Shown here piece by piece: positions 27,922 to 38,741 of a stretch of DNA of 64,000 bases. The notes below the pieces were generated by a model, which worked only from the letters and a program-made list of their open reading frames with translations, did not search any database and was not told the DNA's origin. The translations under genes and the position numbers were made by a program. Each line of letters opens with the position of its first letter. The first letter of the stretch is position 1. This DNA comes from Piedraia hortae CBS 480.64 (Eukaryota), in the NCBI GenBank assembly GCA_010093745.1, contig MU005973.1, positions 1-64,000 of the forward strand, given 5' to 3'.

Positions 27922-29051
27922 TCATACCCACTCCACGCCCCACACCATCTGCCCCCTCTTAAACAGGACCACTTCAAGCCCATCATCCTTTGACCGCAAC
28001 ACATCAACCACACGAATCTGATCGACCAGTCTGATTCTCTCCCCTTTATCCTCTTCAAGCTTATAAAACCTTCTTCCGAACCCACTCAAAAAGTTTGCCA
28101 ACCCCTCCTCCGTGATCTCCTCTTCCTTTACAACCCTCTGTCTAACGGCCTCTGCCAATGCCTCGACCACGTACCCCACTGCATGCGGCTGGGTAAATAC
28201 CCCCGCAGCGACACTATCCGCGCGTTTAGACTCTATTGCATGGGGCGCCGAATCCGAACCAAAAAAGAACTTTTTATTCCCGCCAACCACAGCCTTCACC
28301 AACGCCCATCTATCCCTCGGCAACTTCGCCACAGGCTTACAGTAACAATGCGGATCGCCCGCCCAATCATCCACCACCATAAACAAATGATGTGCCGTAA
28401 TTGTCGCCGCAACCGTAGGCCCGCAAGCCTTCACTGTCTCGATCGCCGCCGCCGTCGTACAATGCTCGAGCACAATCCTCAACTTCGGGAACCTCGCATG
28501 CAGCTCCTTCAAAATCGGGAGGAACTCTTCCTCTGCATTCAGCACCGTGACATCCCTCCCCACATCCTGACTAGACGGCACCTCACCATGCAGATTAAGC
28601 ACCATATCCAACCTCTCCATTTCCGCGAAGACAGGATAAAAATCCTCATACGACACGACCCCAGAATCACTATTTGTCGTTAGACCCTGCGGGTAAGACT
28701 TCACCCCTGCAATCCCCGCTTTTTTCGCCGCGGTGATGGTCGCGGGAGTCATGTCCCCGTGCAGGTAGAGTGACATCAAAAACTCGACCCCCGGCTCCAG
28801 TTTTTCAAGCTGTGCTTTGTAGGCCATCGCTCCTTCGACGCTCGTGACGGGTGGCTGCAGATTCGGCATCACGAAGACCGTGTTTACTCCGCCTTGTCGG
28901 ATCGTGGGTCTAAAGGTTAAGAAGAATTAGTGTGGTGGGGAGGGCGAACTTACACTACGAGCTCGCTCATCGTCCCCGAGCGTAAGTGTACATGCATATC
29001 TGCTGCCGCGGGAAGGATTACTCCCCTCAAATGCTGGAGAGGTGAGGACAT
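27922..29051 (-). CDS. URA4: Dihydroorotase (homodimeric type)
   Basis: DMHVHLR, VMPNLQPP, GVKSYPQGLTTNS, LNLHGE, VLEHCTT, ITAHHL, CKPVAK, GSDSAPH; one intron ~28910-28953. Confidence 0.96.
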
Positions 29052-29484
29052 GGTTGGGTTGGTGTAGGGAATTACGTTTTTTTGATGTAGGTGGTGGAAG
29101 GTGGGTGTGTATCTCTGGGCCGTGCCGGAGGGTGGGATATTGATGGTGTGTTTGCGCACGGTGTGTTTTTTTTTTTCGCTAAGTGCTGGTATTTTCTCGG
29201 GCCGTGCCGACGAGGGTAAGACGACTCGCACGCATGGCACATTTTATCAGTTACTGATGAAAATGTGACAGTAAAAGATAAACAAGCACGCAGAACATGA
29301 CAGCGACGAGAGGGAGAAAGCGAAGTAACACACACAATCCTTGATAAATAACTAATACTAAAGCAAAGGAAAAAGGAAAAACCTTTCCAATAAGCAAATT
29401 TGACACACAATGCACCAATTACTGTCCCTTCACACCTTCCGAAAAACATAAATCATCATCCCTTCTCATTTGAAAATATTATCT

Positions 29485-32400
29485 CTAGTGGCGTGCAACC
29501 AGCGAGGGCGTGGCCGTGCTCTTGGAGCATACGCCAGTAGGACACTGCGTAAGGGTGCTCCTGGCGTAGACGGTTGTGGCCTTTGCGTTCGTGGCAGCAC
29601 AAACAGTGACGTTGATAACGCTGGCTAATGGCGTGGAGCCCGAGGTGGCGGAGCCAGGAGATCCTGTAAGCGTGGTGAATCTTGGGAAGGCCGAGCCCGA
29701 AGGCAGAGTGGCAGTCGAACCCAGTGTGAGAGTGGATAGAGTTGAACCGCTGACGACGGAGCCCGATGTGGATCCAGTGGCTGATGTAGGTCCACTGATG
29801 CCTGAGCCAGGAGCGGATCCAGTAGCAGATGCGGAGTCGCTGCTTGCAGAATTGGAGGATGGTATACTGGCGGAGACTGACCCACTGGGCACGGAGCCTG
29901 ATGACGATTCGGTGGCAGAGGCCGATATAAAACTTGTCAATGCTCCGGTAATGATAACAGAGCGACTGGCTGAGACGGAGCCACTAAAAATGAAGCCTGA
30001 CGGAGAAGCTGTGCTGCCAATGTCCGAGCCCGACGATTTGCCTTCAAAGGAAGCAGAAAGCGAGGAAGAGTTATGACCAGCTGGCAACGAAGAGCCAGGC
30101 AGAGCACTAGACAAAACTGCACCCGAGGAAGAAGCAGAGCCAGAGGCGGCAAATGAGACGGGAGCAGATGAAGAGCCAGCAGTGACGGAGCTTGTGGGTG
30201 CCACGCTGGATGGAACACCGGATGCAGAGAGCGAGCTCGGAGAGGAAACTGATGCCGCAGTCGTTGAACCACCAGAAGCGGGGCTTGACGAGCCTGCTGG
30301 GGAGGATGTCGAGGACCCAGTTACTGAGCTTACTGGAGCTTGGCCGCTGATGGGGACCGAGGAATTCACAGTGTTTCCACCTGGATTGTAGTGCGGCAGG
30401 TGGATACAGCTGGCAATGTATCCCGAGCCAGGAATGAAAGATGCCATGGTATCGATCTTGAGGTAACACGTCCCACTTCCAACACCATTCGCTCTTCCAA
30501 CGTTCGTGAAAGCGATCCAGCCACCCGGGGCCTGATTATGTGCCAGCTCGAAGCAGTCAACCCATGAGTTGCTAACTTGACCAAAGACAAAGCTGCCCCC
30601 GATCGTATCATCTGTGCACCCTACTACCCATTGGATGCCAAACTGGTCAGTTACGGTTTGAACACTCATGGCAGGACAGCTGAAGGATGGGCTTGCACCC
30701 GACGGTGCCGACGTAGCAGTGTTGGGGGTCGAAGACACCGAAACACTAGCAGACGTGGTGCTGGAAAGGGGCTGGCTAGCAACTGAAGTGACCAAAGTGA
30801 ATTAACCAGCAATCGAGCTGCTGCCGACTGATGCAGAAGCCGGTGAAGAGGCAGTTGAGGTCTGGACTCCAGTTGAGCTGGTTGTCGAGGAAGGAGGGTT
30901 GACAACGTTTCCACTCTGATCATAATGATCAGTATGAATAGCGGTAACCATGTTGCCAGTGCTACAAGAATGAGGAAGACGTATCATTATTGAGATATTA
31001 GATGCCTTGGCCAGCGCCATTGGGCTCGCCAACATAGGTAAAAGCGGTCCAAATTCCTGGAGCCGCTTGGGGAACCAAACTTTGCGCGAGATCGAAGCAC
31101 TCAGCCCAAGAGTCAACAGCATAAACGTTAACAAAGCTGCCGCCCACAGTATCAAGACCGCAGCCAACAATCCACTGGACGCCGTACTTGTCGCTGATAG
31201 TCTGGCCACTTGAGGCAGGGCAAATTACGCCAGAGCTTGCAGTAGGTGTAGCAGTAGATGTAACCAGAGTCGAGCTTGTCAAGGAAGAAGTCACGTTGGA
31301 CTGGCCAAATATGGTGGAGGCAGGGCTAGAAGAGGCTGGCACAGCCGGGCTGGACGCCGATTGCGAGGCTGGTACTGAGCTGGATGGAATAGAAGAGAGT
31401 GCCAACACTTGGGATGGAGTGACGATATTGCTGCTTGGATCGTAGTTCGGAGACCGTATGGCAGTGACCAGGTTGCCCGTTCCCGACATGGACGATATAG
31501 TGGTGTCGTTCTTGAGGTAACAGGTTCCCTGTCCCACGCCATTTGGTTCACCATTGTAAATGAAGGCGGTCCAAACGATAGGTGCGGTCTCTGCAGCATG
31601 ATCTTGGACAGCCTGGAAACATATTGGAAGACAGTTGTTACGTAGCGTAATCGTTCTGTAGATTGAGATTTTACAAAGTTGTATATTCTGATGTTCAGCA
31701 GCGAGCTTATATACAAGTAGCTTCTTTGTTCAGACAGTCTCAGATTTTACTCCACTGCCCCTTTGTCCTCTTTATTATGCTCTTTGAGCATTTTGCTACA
31801 CACGATTTTTCTTTGTAAAGTCTTTGTTATCAGGCCGAGGTATGGCACTGATACTTCTCAACCACAAAACAGTCGTCCCAACTGTTTGCAACTCCTACGC
31901 TTGTAAAGCTGCCACCAGTGGTGTCGTCACTGTAACCAACGGTCCATTGCACACCATTGACCGTGGCTGTCTGACCATACACGGATGGGCATGAGAACGT
32001 TGTGGTGACCCTCGACGCCTCGGAGCTGATGGTAGACGTAGCTGGGTTGAGGACGGGGAGAATGAAGTTGATGCAGGAGCTGACGAGCTGGAGGATGCAG
32101 CTGCGGATGTAGAGGATGTGGTCGTCCATGTGCTCAACGCAGAGGATGAAGACGAGCTTACATCGGTATCCAAATTGGTCGGCCGAGTTCTGCTCACCAT
32201 AGTGTCCGTCAGGCTTGCAAAGCGTCGAGGTCTCCTGAATCTTGAAGCCGATGCCCCGTCGCTGAGGAACGATACGCTTGAGGCGTTCTTCAGATAGCAG
32301 GTTCCGCCGCCAACACCATTTAGGCCCCCATCGTAGGTCCAGGCTATCCAAACACCAGGAGCAGCTACTGAAGTTTGGCTTTGTGCGGCTTGGAAACAGT

Positions 32401-32760
32401 CATTCCAAGAGGTACCGGCACTGCCGCTTGCAAGAGCACCTCTTGTTGTGTCTTCTCCGCAGCCTATAACCTGTGCAATGTTGTAAGGATCAGTAACTGT
32501 TGTGTCGTTAACATTGGGGCAATTGAACGCCAGCGACGTGCTAGCAGTGGACGTGGTTGATGTGTCCCTACTGGTGGATGTGGTGCTGCTGCTTGTTGAC
32601 TGTATAGAAGCATTGTAGTTCGCAAGCTGAATCGCGGTAACAGTGTTGGTTGATCCGCTCACAAAGGTCTCTGAGGCGTCATTCTTGAGGTAGCAGGTTC
32701 CTGTGCCCACACCATAAGATTGCCCAAGGTAGGTGAAAGCCGTCCATTGACCGATAGAAA
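29485..32760 (-). pseudogene. Disrupted Ser/Thr-rich surface protein with five Cys-containing PAN/Apple-like repeats
   Basis: Repeat CP..D.yG.qw.vGC..DT.GGSF...nSW.DCF...W.AFTY.G..NG.G.GTCYLKN separated by S/T linkers; stops at 30802 and 30998, frameshifts near 30965 and 32050, an insertion at 31622-31866, and a 5' end truncated mid-repeat with no start or signal peptide. Confidence 0.85.
31622..31866 (-). mobile_element. Solo LTR-like insertion, 245 bp
   Basis: Flanked by the 5-bp direct repeat AAACA (31617-31621 and 31867-31871); removing it restores ..NSWDDCF-QAVQDH..; minus strand begins TGTGG and ends CCAATA; AT-rich with an internal TATATAA. Confidence 0.8.
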
Positions 32761-32913
32761 CCTTGATCGCTACTCTAACAAATCAAAGATCGTGGCGGCA
32801 AAAGAACATGTAAAGTCGGTGCTTACGCATGTCAGAATGCAATACAGCCGGCTCTCGATATAAAGATAGCGTAGGGCAACACTACGAGCATCGTTGTAGC
32901 GAGAATATTCTTA

Positions 32914-33042
32914 AGGGTGCGTTCAGTCGTCTCTTCATACATCTTTAGAGCGCATTAAAATCCAAATGCACCACCAAATCAAATGCATTTTCAATGTTAA
33001 GGCGCTATAAAGAGGTTTATACAGACCAGCTGAACGCACCCT
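32914..33042. mobile_element. MITE-like element with terminal inverted repeats
   Basis: Perfect 13-bp TIR AGGGTGCGTTCAG / CTGAACGCACCCT extending imperfectly to about 41 bp, with an AT-rich non-coding core; no clean TSD. Confidence 0.65.
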
Positions 33043-35372
33043 GGAGTGAAAATTGCTACGGTGTGTACTGTTTAGCTAGATGGGGCAATACTTTTGTGGG
33101 CCCTCTCGTCATCGATATAGCGTGATTATCGCTATAAAAGATACTGTTGTAGCAAGAATCAACTGCATTTAGCGAGATTTTGTTGGAAAGGCAACGTGAA
33201 TGTGAACAGTATCAGGGCACATAAGACGGCATAATTGGGCATGTACATATTGTTGTGTCTATGTTGAGCACTACCGCGGGGTGATGGGTGTATGGGACGG
33301 CAACCTTCTGACCTAACTAGGCTCCACACGACCCAGATGTTGAAATTTAGGAGCACGCTGTGACTTAGCGACGAAACATGATGGCTGCTTCACGAAGCTT
33401 AGCGAATACTTTAGCACCAGACTGGTGATAACGACTAAGCTGCCAAGAATTAGCAGCATGCCCAAGGTTAGCCGCTGCCCTACTTGTTAGCTGTATGGGT
33501 TACATGCCGCCATTGTGCATTTAGGGCGCTAAAGCGCATCTTCCTGCTACTTGCGGCAGTTGCGAGGAAGACTTAGCCCACTTGAATCAGAACTTGAAAG
33601 CCAGGAAAGCTATTTCATCTTAGCGAGAGAAGTGTAGTGCTTATCCTGCTGCAGGATTATCCTCCCGCGGCTAGGCGATCGTTTCGCCAGTATGTATTTT
33701 GAATTTCCATGAAACGCTTAAAGGTACCAGTAGTCTAATGCATTACATATTGCAAAACCATTGAACACATTCTACTTGGAAGCATGGACTCTAAAGTCCG
33801 ACATCACCTGGTTTCCCGATTTCACAATTTTATCATTCGTGTATATATCGCAACCTCGCGCATGTGGTTGTGTCATGAAACACATGAGTATTTCGGCCGA
33901 CGTCTGTACGATCGTCTGAGTTTCAGCTTTCTCACGTACATTGATACAGCTTTGTCGCAAAGTTCGCGCCTTGCATGGCACTACTACATTGTTTGGTCTA
34001 ATGATGAGACGCCATCGAGAGGTCTGCACTGGAAACGCATTTTCTCATTCAAGTTTTTCGCATGTATTGGATTTCACAGGCCACTGTTATGTTTATCTTT
34101 GATGGCATCTGTCTCAAGAACCCCATGTTCCGACATCTTTGCCAAAATAAGCTTTACATTAGGCTTGACAGCGGTTTTTGAATTTGCCGAGATTGATCTG
34201 TGAACCCAATGGCAGGTCCATTGCAAATGTATTGATGCTTAGAGTCACCAGGCTAGTACAACAAATGGAATCGGTAGAGAGAATGTATACGCTATGGAAG
34301 AGATTGCAATTATGCGGTTTCATGTAGTTTGAAGTGGGTGCACAGTCTATTCGGCAAGAGCGAGGTGATCGTTCCCTTCTGTGTGTGCTACGACTTTGTA
34401 TATCTGAAATACTATACTACGATGAGGGCTGGTATACGTTAAGGCAGGTATGTTTGATAGTGCTGTGCAGTTCTACAAGAATATCTGGCATGCGAATAAG
34501 TGGGTGATGGTACCAAACAGCGCACGGTTGTAGAGACGATTGAAAGTGGTGGGTGTTGGAGAGTGGCGTCGAATGTGAAAACGTTAGGTAGCCAAGGTCG
34601 CCCCAAAGTCTACCGCTAGGCGGTGGTTCGCCTACGTCCCCTATCGAGCGGGATTTCATGGAAATCATTGCGACCTTACCCCGCTGCTTGTTACATGTGG
34701 GCAAGTTCGGAAAGTTGGGAAAGCTTATTACGTGCGTCAGTGATGCCACACGCACATTGTCAAAGTTTCGCAGGTCAAACATTACAAAACCCAAAATGAA
34801 AACATGGTATTTACGGGAAGGATTGCTCATGAGAAAGTAAATAGGGCCTTCACAGACCAACGGTCGGAATATTGAAGGACGCAGTGTGTCCGAGTATGTA
34901 TTTACACCATTGGATTGCCATATAGGTTTTACAATATCGACATGCAGAGTTGACGTTGCATTGACAACTTCATATGTTACCAGTCATGCGAATGCACATA
35001 AGTAGCTTTAAATCAGAACGCGAAGGGCATCCACTTCTATACCTCATTCATTGTTGGAAAGGCGAGCTGTTCTCCCGGCATGTCTCGTACATTGAGTCAT
35101 GGATACGAGCCATGCGCGCCACGGGGCGCATTGAGTCAGATGCCTTGTTTGTGTCTCACTACCAGTGGTAATGCATTGCACAAATCTCTTTGTCACGTAG
35201 GTTCATCATCTCTTGCCACTACTTTATAATTCATACCCTCAATACTTCAAATGCGAGAGTGTAGCATGTACTAATGGAATGAAATTGGAATGTCAACCGC
35301 TACTGACTATAGTGATTCAGTTGAGCTGTTCCCTTCTTAAACAAAATCATCACCAGCCGAAAACACCCCGCA

Positions 35373-36261
35373 ATGGAGAGCGGGGGAATCCCCTCACTAA
35401 CAACATCACCAACAATGTCATTCCAGCGCGAAGCATCCCCAACCTCTCAAATACGAAGCTGGCAGGTACGATGGGAAGAGAACAAAACACCCTGGGACCG
35501 CAATGCACCGAGTAAGCCTACTGTGTCCCCAAAAACCACATGAAACGACCATAGTTCTAACCCAACAAAATCCAACAGATCCTGCACTAGCCGACACATT
35601 AAATGAGTACTCGTCCCTTTTCGGCGGGCCTACCCAACCTGGTATCCAGGCACGGAAAAAGGCACTCGTTCCTGGCTGCGGGCGGGGCTACGATGTGATG
35701 CTTCTTGCCTCTTACGGGTACGACGCCTACGGACTAGACATAGCGCCTCAGGCGATACAAGAAGCCAACACAGTCCTACAAGCCGCGAATTTCGAGAGCA
35801 AATACCCCGTACACGGCCCCGGACGGGGAGAGATGAAGTTCATCCAAGGAAACTTCTTCTCGGATGATTTCCTTGCAGAAACGGGCACGAAAACGTTTGA
35901 TATTATATATGACTACACGTTTCTTTGCGCGCTGCCAAAAGAGTGGCGACCGCGGTGGGCGAAGAGGTATAGTGAACTTCTCGCCCCAAAGGGGTATTTG
36001 GTTTGTTTAGAGTTTCCATTATATAAAGGCGCGAATGAACCTGGCCCGCCGTTCGGTCTTTCGCCGCAGCTTTACGAGCAGGCGCTGGGACGGCCGGGAA
36101 AGGGGATCGAGTATGATGATGAAGGTGATGGGTCTGCGAGACCGTTTGAAGGGGAGAGGAGTAAAGATGGGCTGATTAGGGTTGCGAGATGGAAGGCAAA
36201 GAGAACGCATGAAGTCGGGAAGGGATCGGATCATGTTTCGATCTGGACTCATCAGACTTGA
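35373..36261 (+). CDS. SAM-dependent thiol/halide methyltransferase (TPMT/HOL family)
   Basis: W..RWEENKTPWDRNAP/NPAL, KALVPGCGRGYDV, AYGLDIA, FDIIYDYTFLCALP, LVCLEFP, GPPFG; intron ~35512-35578; alternative start at 35415. Confidence 0.92.
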
Positions 36262-36283
36262 TTAGTGACTAAAGGGGGGTTTA

Positions 36284-36856
36284 TCAAAAGCTGCCGATGG
36301 TTCCGGGCCAGACGTAGGCAGAAGGAATGTTGTCGGCCTGAAGGCCGCAGCTGGTGTTGTGCTCGATTGCAATCATCGAATCCTCGCTCCTGGGATGGTG
36401 TCGGTACCGTTTCGACTCTGATTCTGCTACTCCATCATCGTTGGCTGAGCGACCACGCTTCTGTGTCTTGGAGACAGGAGGTATCGCTGAAGTGGAGCCA
36501 AACAAACGTCCATGGAGCATCGTCGCGAATTGTTCACACAATCCAACCTTATCACCGAAACAATCCATCGTCACACCGGACTGCTCAATTTGGCTCAAAG
36601 TGAATCTACACAACAGTTGCACCTCTTCCAAGAGCTTGGTGACCTTGGAAATGAGCTCAAAATAGTCATTGCCGAGCGGGGAGCCGAGAGGCACCGCCCT
36701 GGCTTCCTGTCCGAGGGCATTAAGGAGAAGAGAAAGCCGGCTTCTTTGCGCGAAGAAGAATTGATGGTGTTGAAATGCAGTTTGCGCGCGAGTCGTGCGC
36801 ATTAGAAAATTACGACAGGCTGGGAGGGATGTGGGGACTGGCTGGGCGTGGTCCAT
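36284..36856 (-). CDS. Orphan hypothetical protein
   Basis: Open frame from ATG 36856 (MDHAQP...), helical-looking middle and a KRGR..KRYR NLS-like basic patch; no recognised domain. Confidence 0.45.
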   Translation of the reverse strand: MDHAQPVPTSLPACRNFLMRTTRAQTAFQHHQFFFAQRSRLSLLLNALGQEARAVPLGSPLGNDYFELISKVTKLLEEVQLLCRFTLSQIEQSGVTMDCFGDKVGLCEQFATMLHGRLFGSTSAIPPVSKTQKRGRSANDDGVAESESKRYRHHPRSEDSMIAIEHNTSCGLQADNIPSAYVWPGTIGSF

Positions 36857-37148
36857 CTTTCGCTGCGGTTGGATACCGGATCGGCCTTGTGTCAGATCGA
36901 CGTAGGAGCTTAGTTCTTTGAAGGGACAAAAGAAGGCAAAATGCCTCGACCCGAGCACCTGGCCATGTTTGCAAGCGATGGCGGTGTGGCTGGGAAACGC
37001 GTCAACATTGACTTTCCGGAATGGCAACTCGTACAACGACCTGCCCGCAATCCGATCTAAATTTAGCACCTGGCGATGGCCAGAAGCCTGTAGTTGAAAC
37101 TATCAACTCTCTACAGGCGTGGGTGTAGTAGTAAATCTATCGGTAAAT

Positions 37149-38471
37149 TTACAATTTACCTGTCAATTTTGGCAGCTGTGATTCGGCGGTCTCCACTCCC
37201 ATGGCCTGGACGACCCTTTTCAGTCCTTCCATTAGAAACTCTTTCTTGTGGGTAAACACGATCCTGAACCAGCCATCGGCTTCGGACCCAAAGGCCAGTC
37301 CGGAAGCCAAGAAAATGCGTTGATCAAGCAGCAGCTTATCGAGTTTTGCACACCCAATATCCTCACTGGATGCGTGTCTCGTCTTGTAGGCCTTACCGAG
37401 GTTTACCCATAGAAAGAAAGCCGCGTTGACACCGGGCAAGTACTCAATGTCATTGTCCTTGGCCCAACGTGTCACAATGGCATAGTTCTCAGATAGAAGT
37501 TTGCGGTTCTTGATCACGTAGCTCTCCACCCACTGTTCATCCTCAAGCAAGTTGGCAGTCGCTACATCTGTAAGTGACGAGGCACTGCTGTATATAGCAA
37601 GCGCACTCAAAGAGGACGCCAACGACGGGTTGTGCTGCGAGATGATAGCTCCGAGGCGAAGACCGTTTGCGCCAAAGTCCTTAGACATACCCCACAGGAC
37701 ATGGATGCGGCTTGCATCAATCAACCCATCCGGGTCAATAGACAGAACAGAAGTAAATGGGTTGGGAGCTGGGTCAGTATCAACCGTGTTCTCCCAGACC
37801 GAGAGGGCATAAATCTCATCGCTAATGAGATGGAGGTTATTTCTCTGGCAGAATTTCATGAGCTCTACCAGAGTTTCGCGAGAATAGCATCTTCCAAGGG
37901 GGTTATGAGGGTTGCAGAGAAAGAGTCCAACTACTTTGGTACCGGCTTCCCGTGCCTTGGACAGCGAAGCTTCGTACTTTGCTACGCAGTCAACCGACAC
38001 GGGGTCTACACCAGACCCAAATGGCACCTGGACAAGTTTGGATTCTGTTCGAAAGGTGATATCAGTTTCGAAAGCGCCGTAATGCGGCTGTCCAAGAAGG
38101 AAACCTTCACCGGGATTCGAAAATGCCCAAGACATGTGCTCAATGGCCGAGGTGCAGCCATTGGTTACGGTAATATCGTTACGCTTAATTGGAGTAGCTG
38201 GCTTAAGGTATTTGGTAAGAAAGCGGGCCATACTGTCACGCAAACGATGGGAACCTGCAGGGCCATCGCCATAGGTAAGCTGTTGGCTTGCGACTTGAAA
38301 GTGCTTCGTGATATGATCACAAAGTTCTTCATGCATCAGCGTGTTCTCAGCAACGCCGAGTGATACGTAGCCGCCTGGGTTTGATTTGCTCCACTGGTCG
38401 GCAAGAATTTTCCAAATTGTGAGCGAGTTGTTGAGTTCTTCGGCGGAAGAACCACGCTTTGAAAGGCTCAT
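37149..38471 (-). CDS. PLP-dependent class I/II aminotransferase fold enzyme, ACC synthase/GliI-like
   Basis: SLGVAENTLM, TYGDGPAGS.RLR, NPHNPLG, ISDEIYA, GMSKDFGANGLRLG (PLP lysine), GWFRIVF. Confidence 0.9.
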   Translation of the reverse strand: MSLSKRGSSAEELNNSLTIWKILADQWSKSNPGGYVSLGVAENTLMHEELCDHITKHFQVASQQLTYGDGPAGSHRLRDSMARFLTKYLKPATPIKRNDITVTNGCTSAIEHMSWAFSNPGEGFLLGQPHYGAFETDITFRTESKLVQVPFGSGVDPVSVDCVAKYEASLSKAREAGTKVVGLFLCNPHNPLGRCYSRETLVELMKFCQRNNLHLISDEIYALSVWENTVDTDPAPNPFTSVLSIDPDGLIDASRIHVLWGMSKDFGANGLRLGAIISQHNPSLASSLSALAIYSSASSLTDVATANLLEDEQWVESYVIKNRKLLSENYAIVTRWAKDNDIEYLPGVNAAFFLWVNLGKAYKTRHASSEDIGCAKLDKLLLDQRIFLASGLAFGSEADGWFRIVFTHKKEFLMEGLKRVVQAMGVETAESQLPKLTGKL

Positions 38472-38741
38472 GGCAGTGGAAGAAGACAATATAGCGATCT
38501 CTCGATGTCGTCGATCTGATGTCTGACGTAACAGAACCCCGATTCCCGAATTTGGTAAACCGTGTTACTGCCTAATCTGGACATAGCGGACCTTCAGCGT
38601 CCTCGTATCGAAATGTTTGAGCTCCAATATAAACTTCACGCACTTTGAGACACCGCGATACGGATCCCTTGATGATGCACAAAAGTGCATGATGGGCAGA
38701 CAGTTTTAGGATCTTTGCTTATCGTACAAGTATCACCAATG

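Noticed and set aside
33347..33624. CRISPR array or true telomeric tract
   Set aside because: Only a 5-bp motif recurs with irregular spacing and a single TTAGGG; eukaryotic context with no cas genes
33780..34260. Faint protein-kinase-like fragments on the minus strand (AIK, EIQYMRK, HARG, SDF)
   Set aside because: Motifs are scattered over frames and lack HRD, DFG and APE; a translated HMM search would be needed
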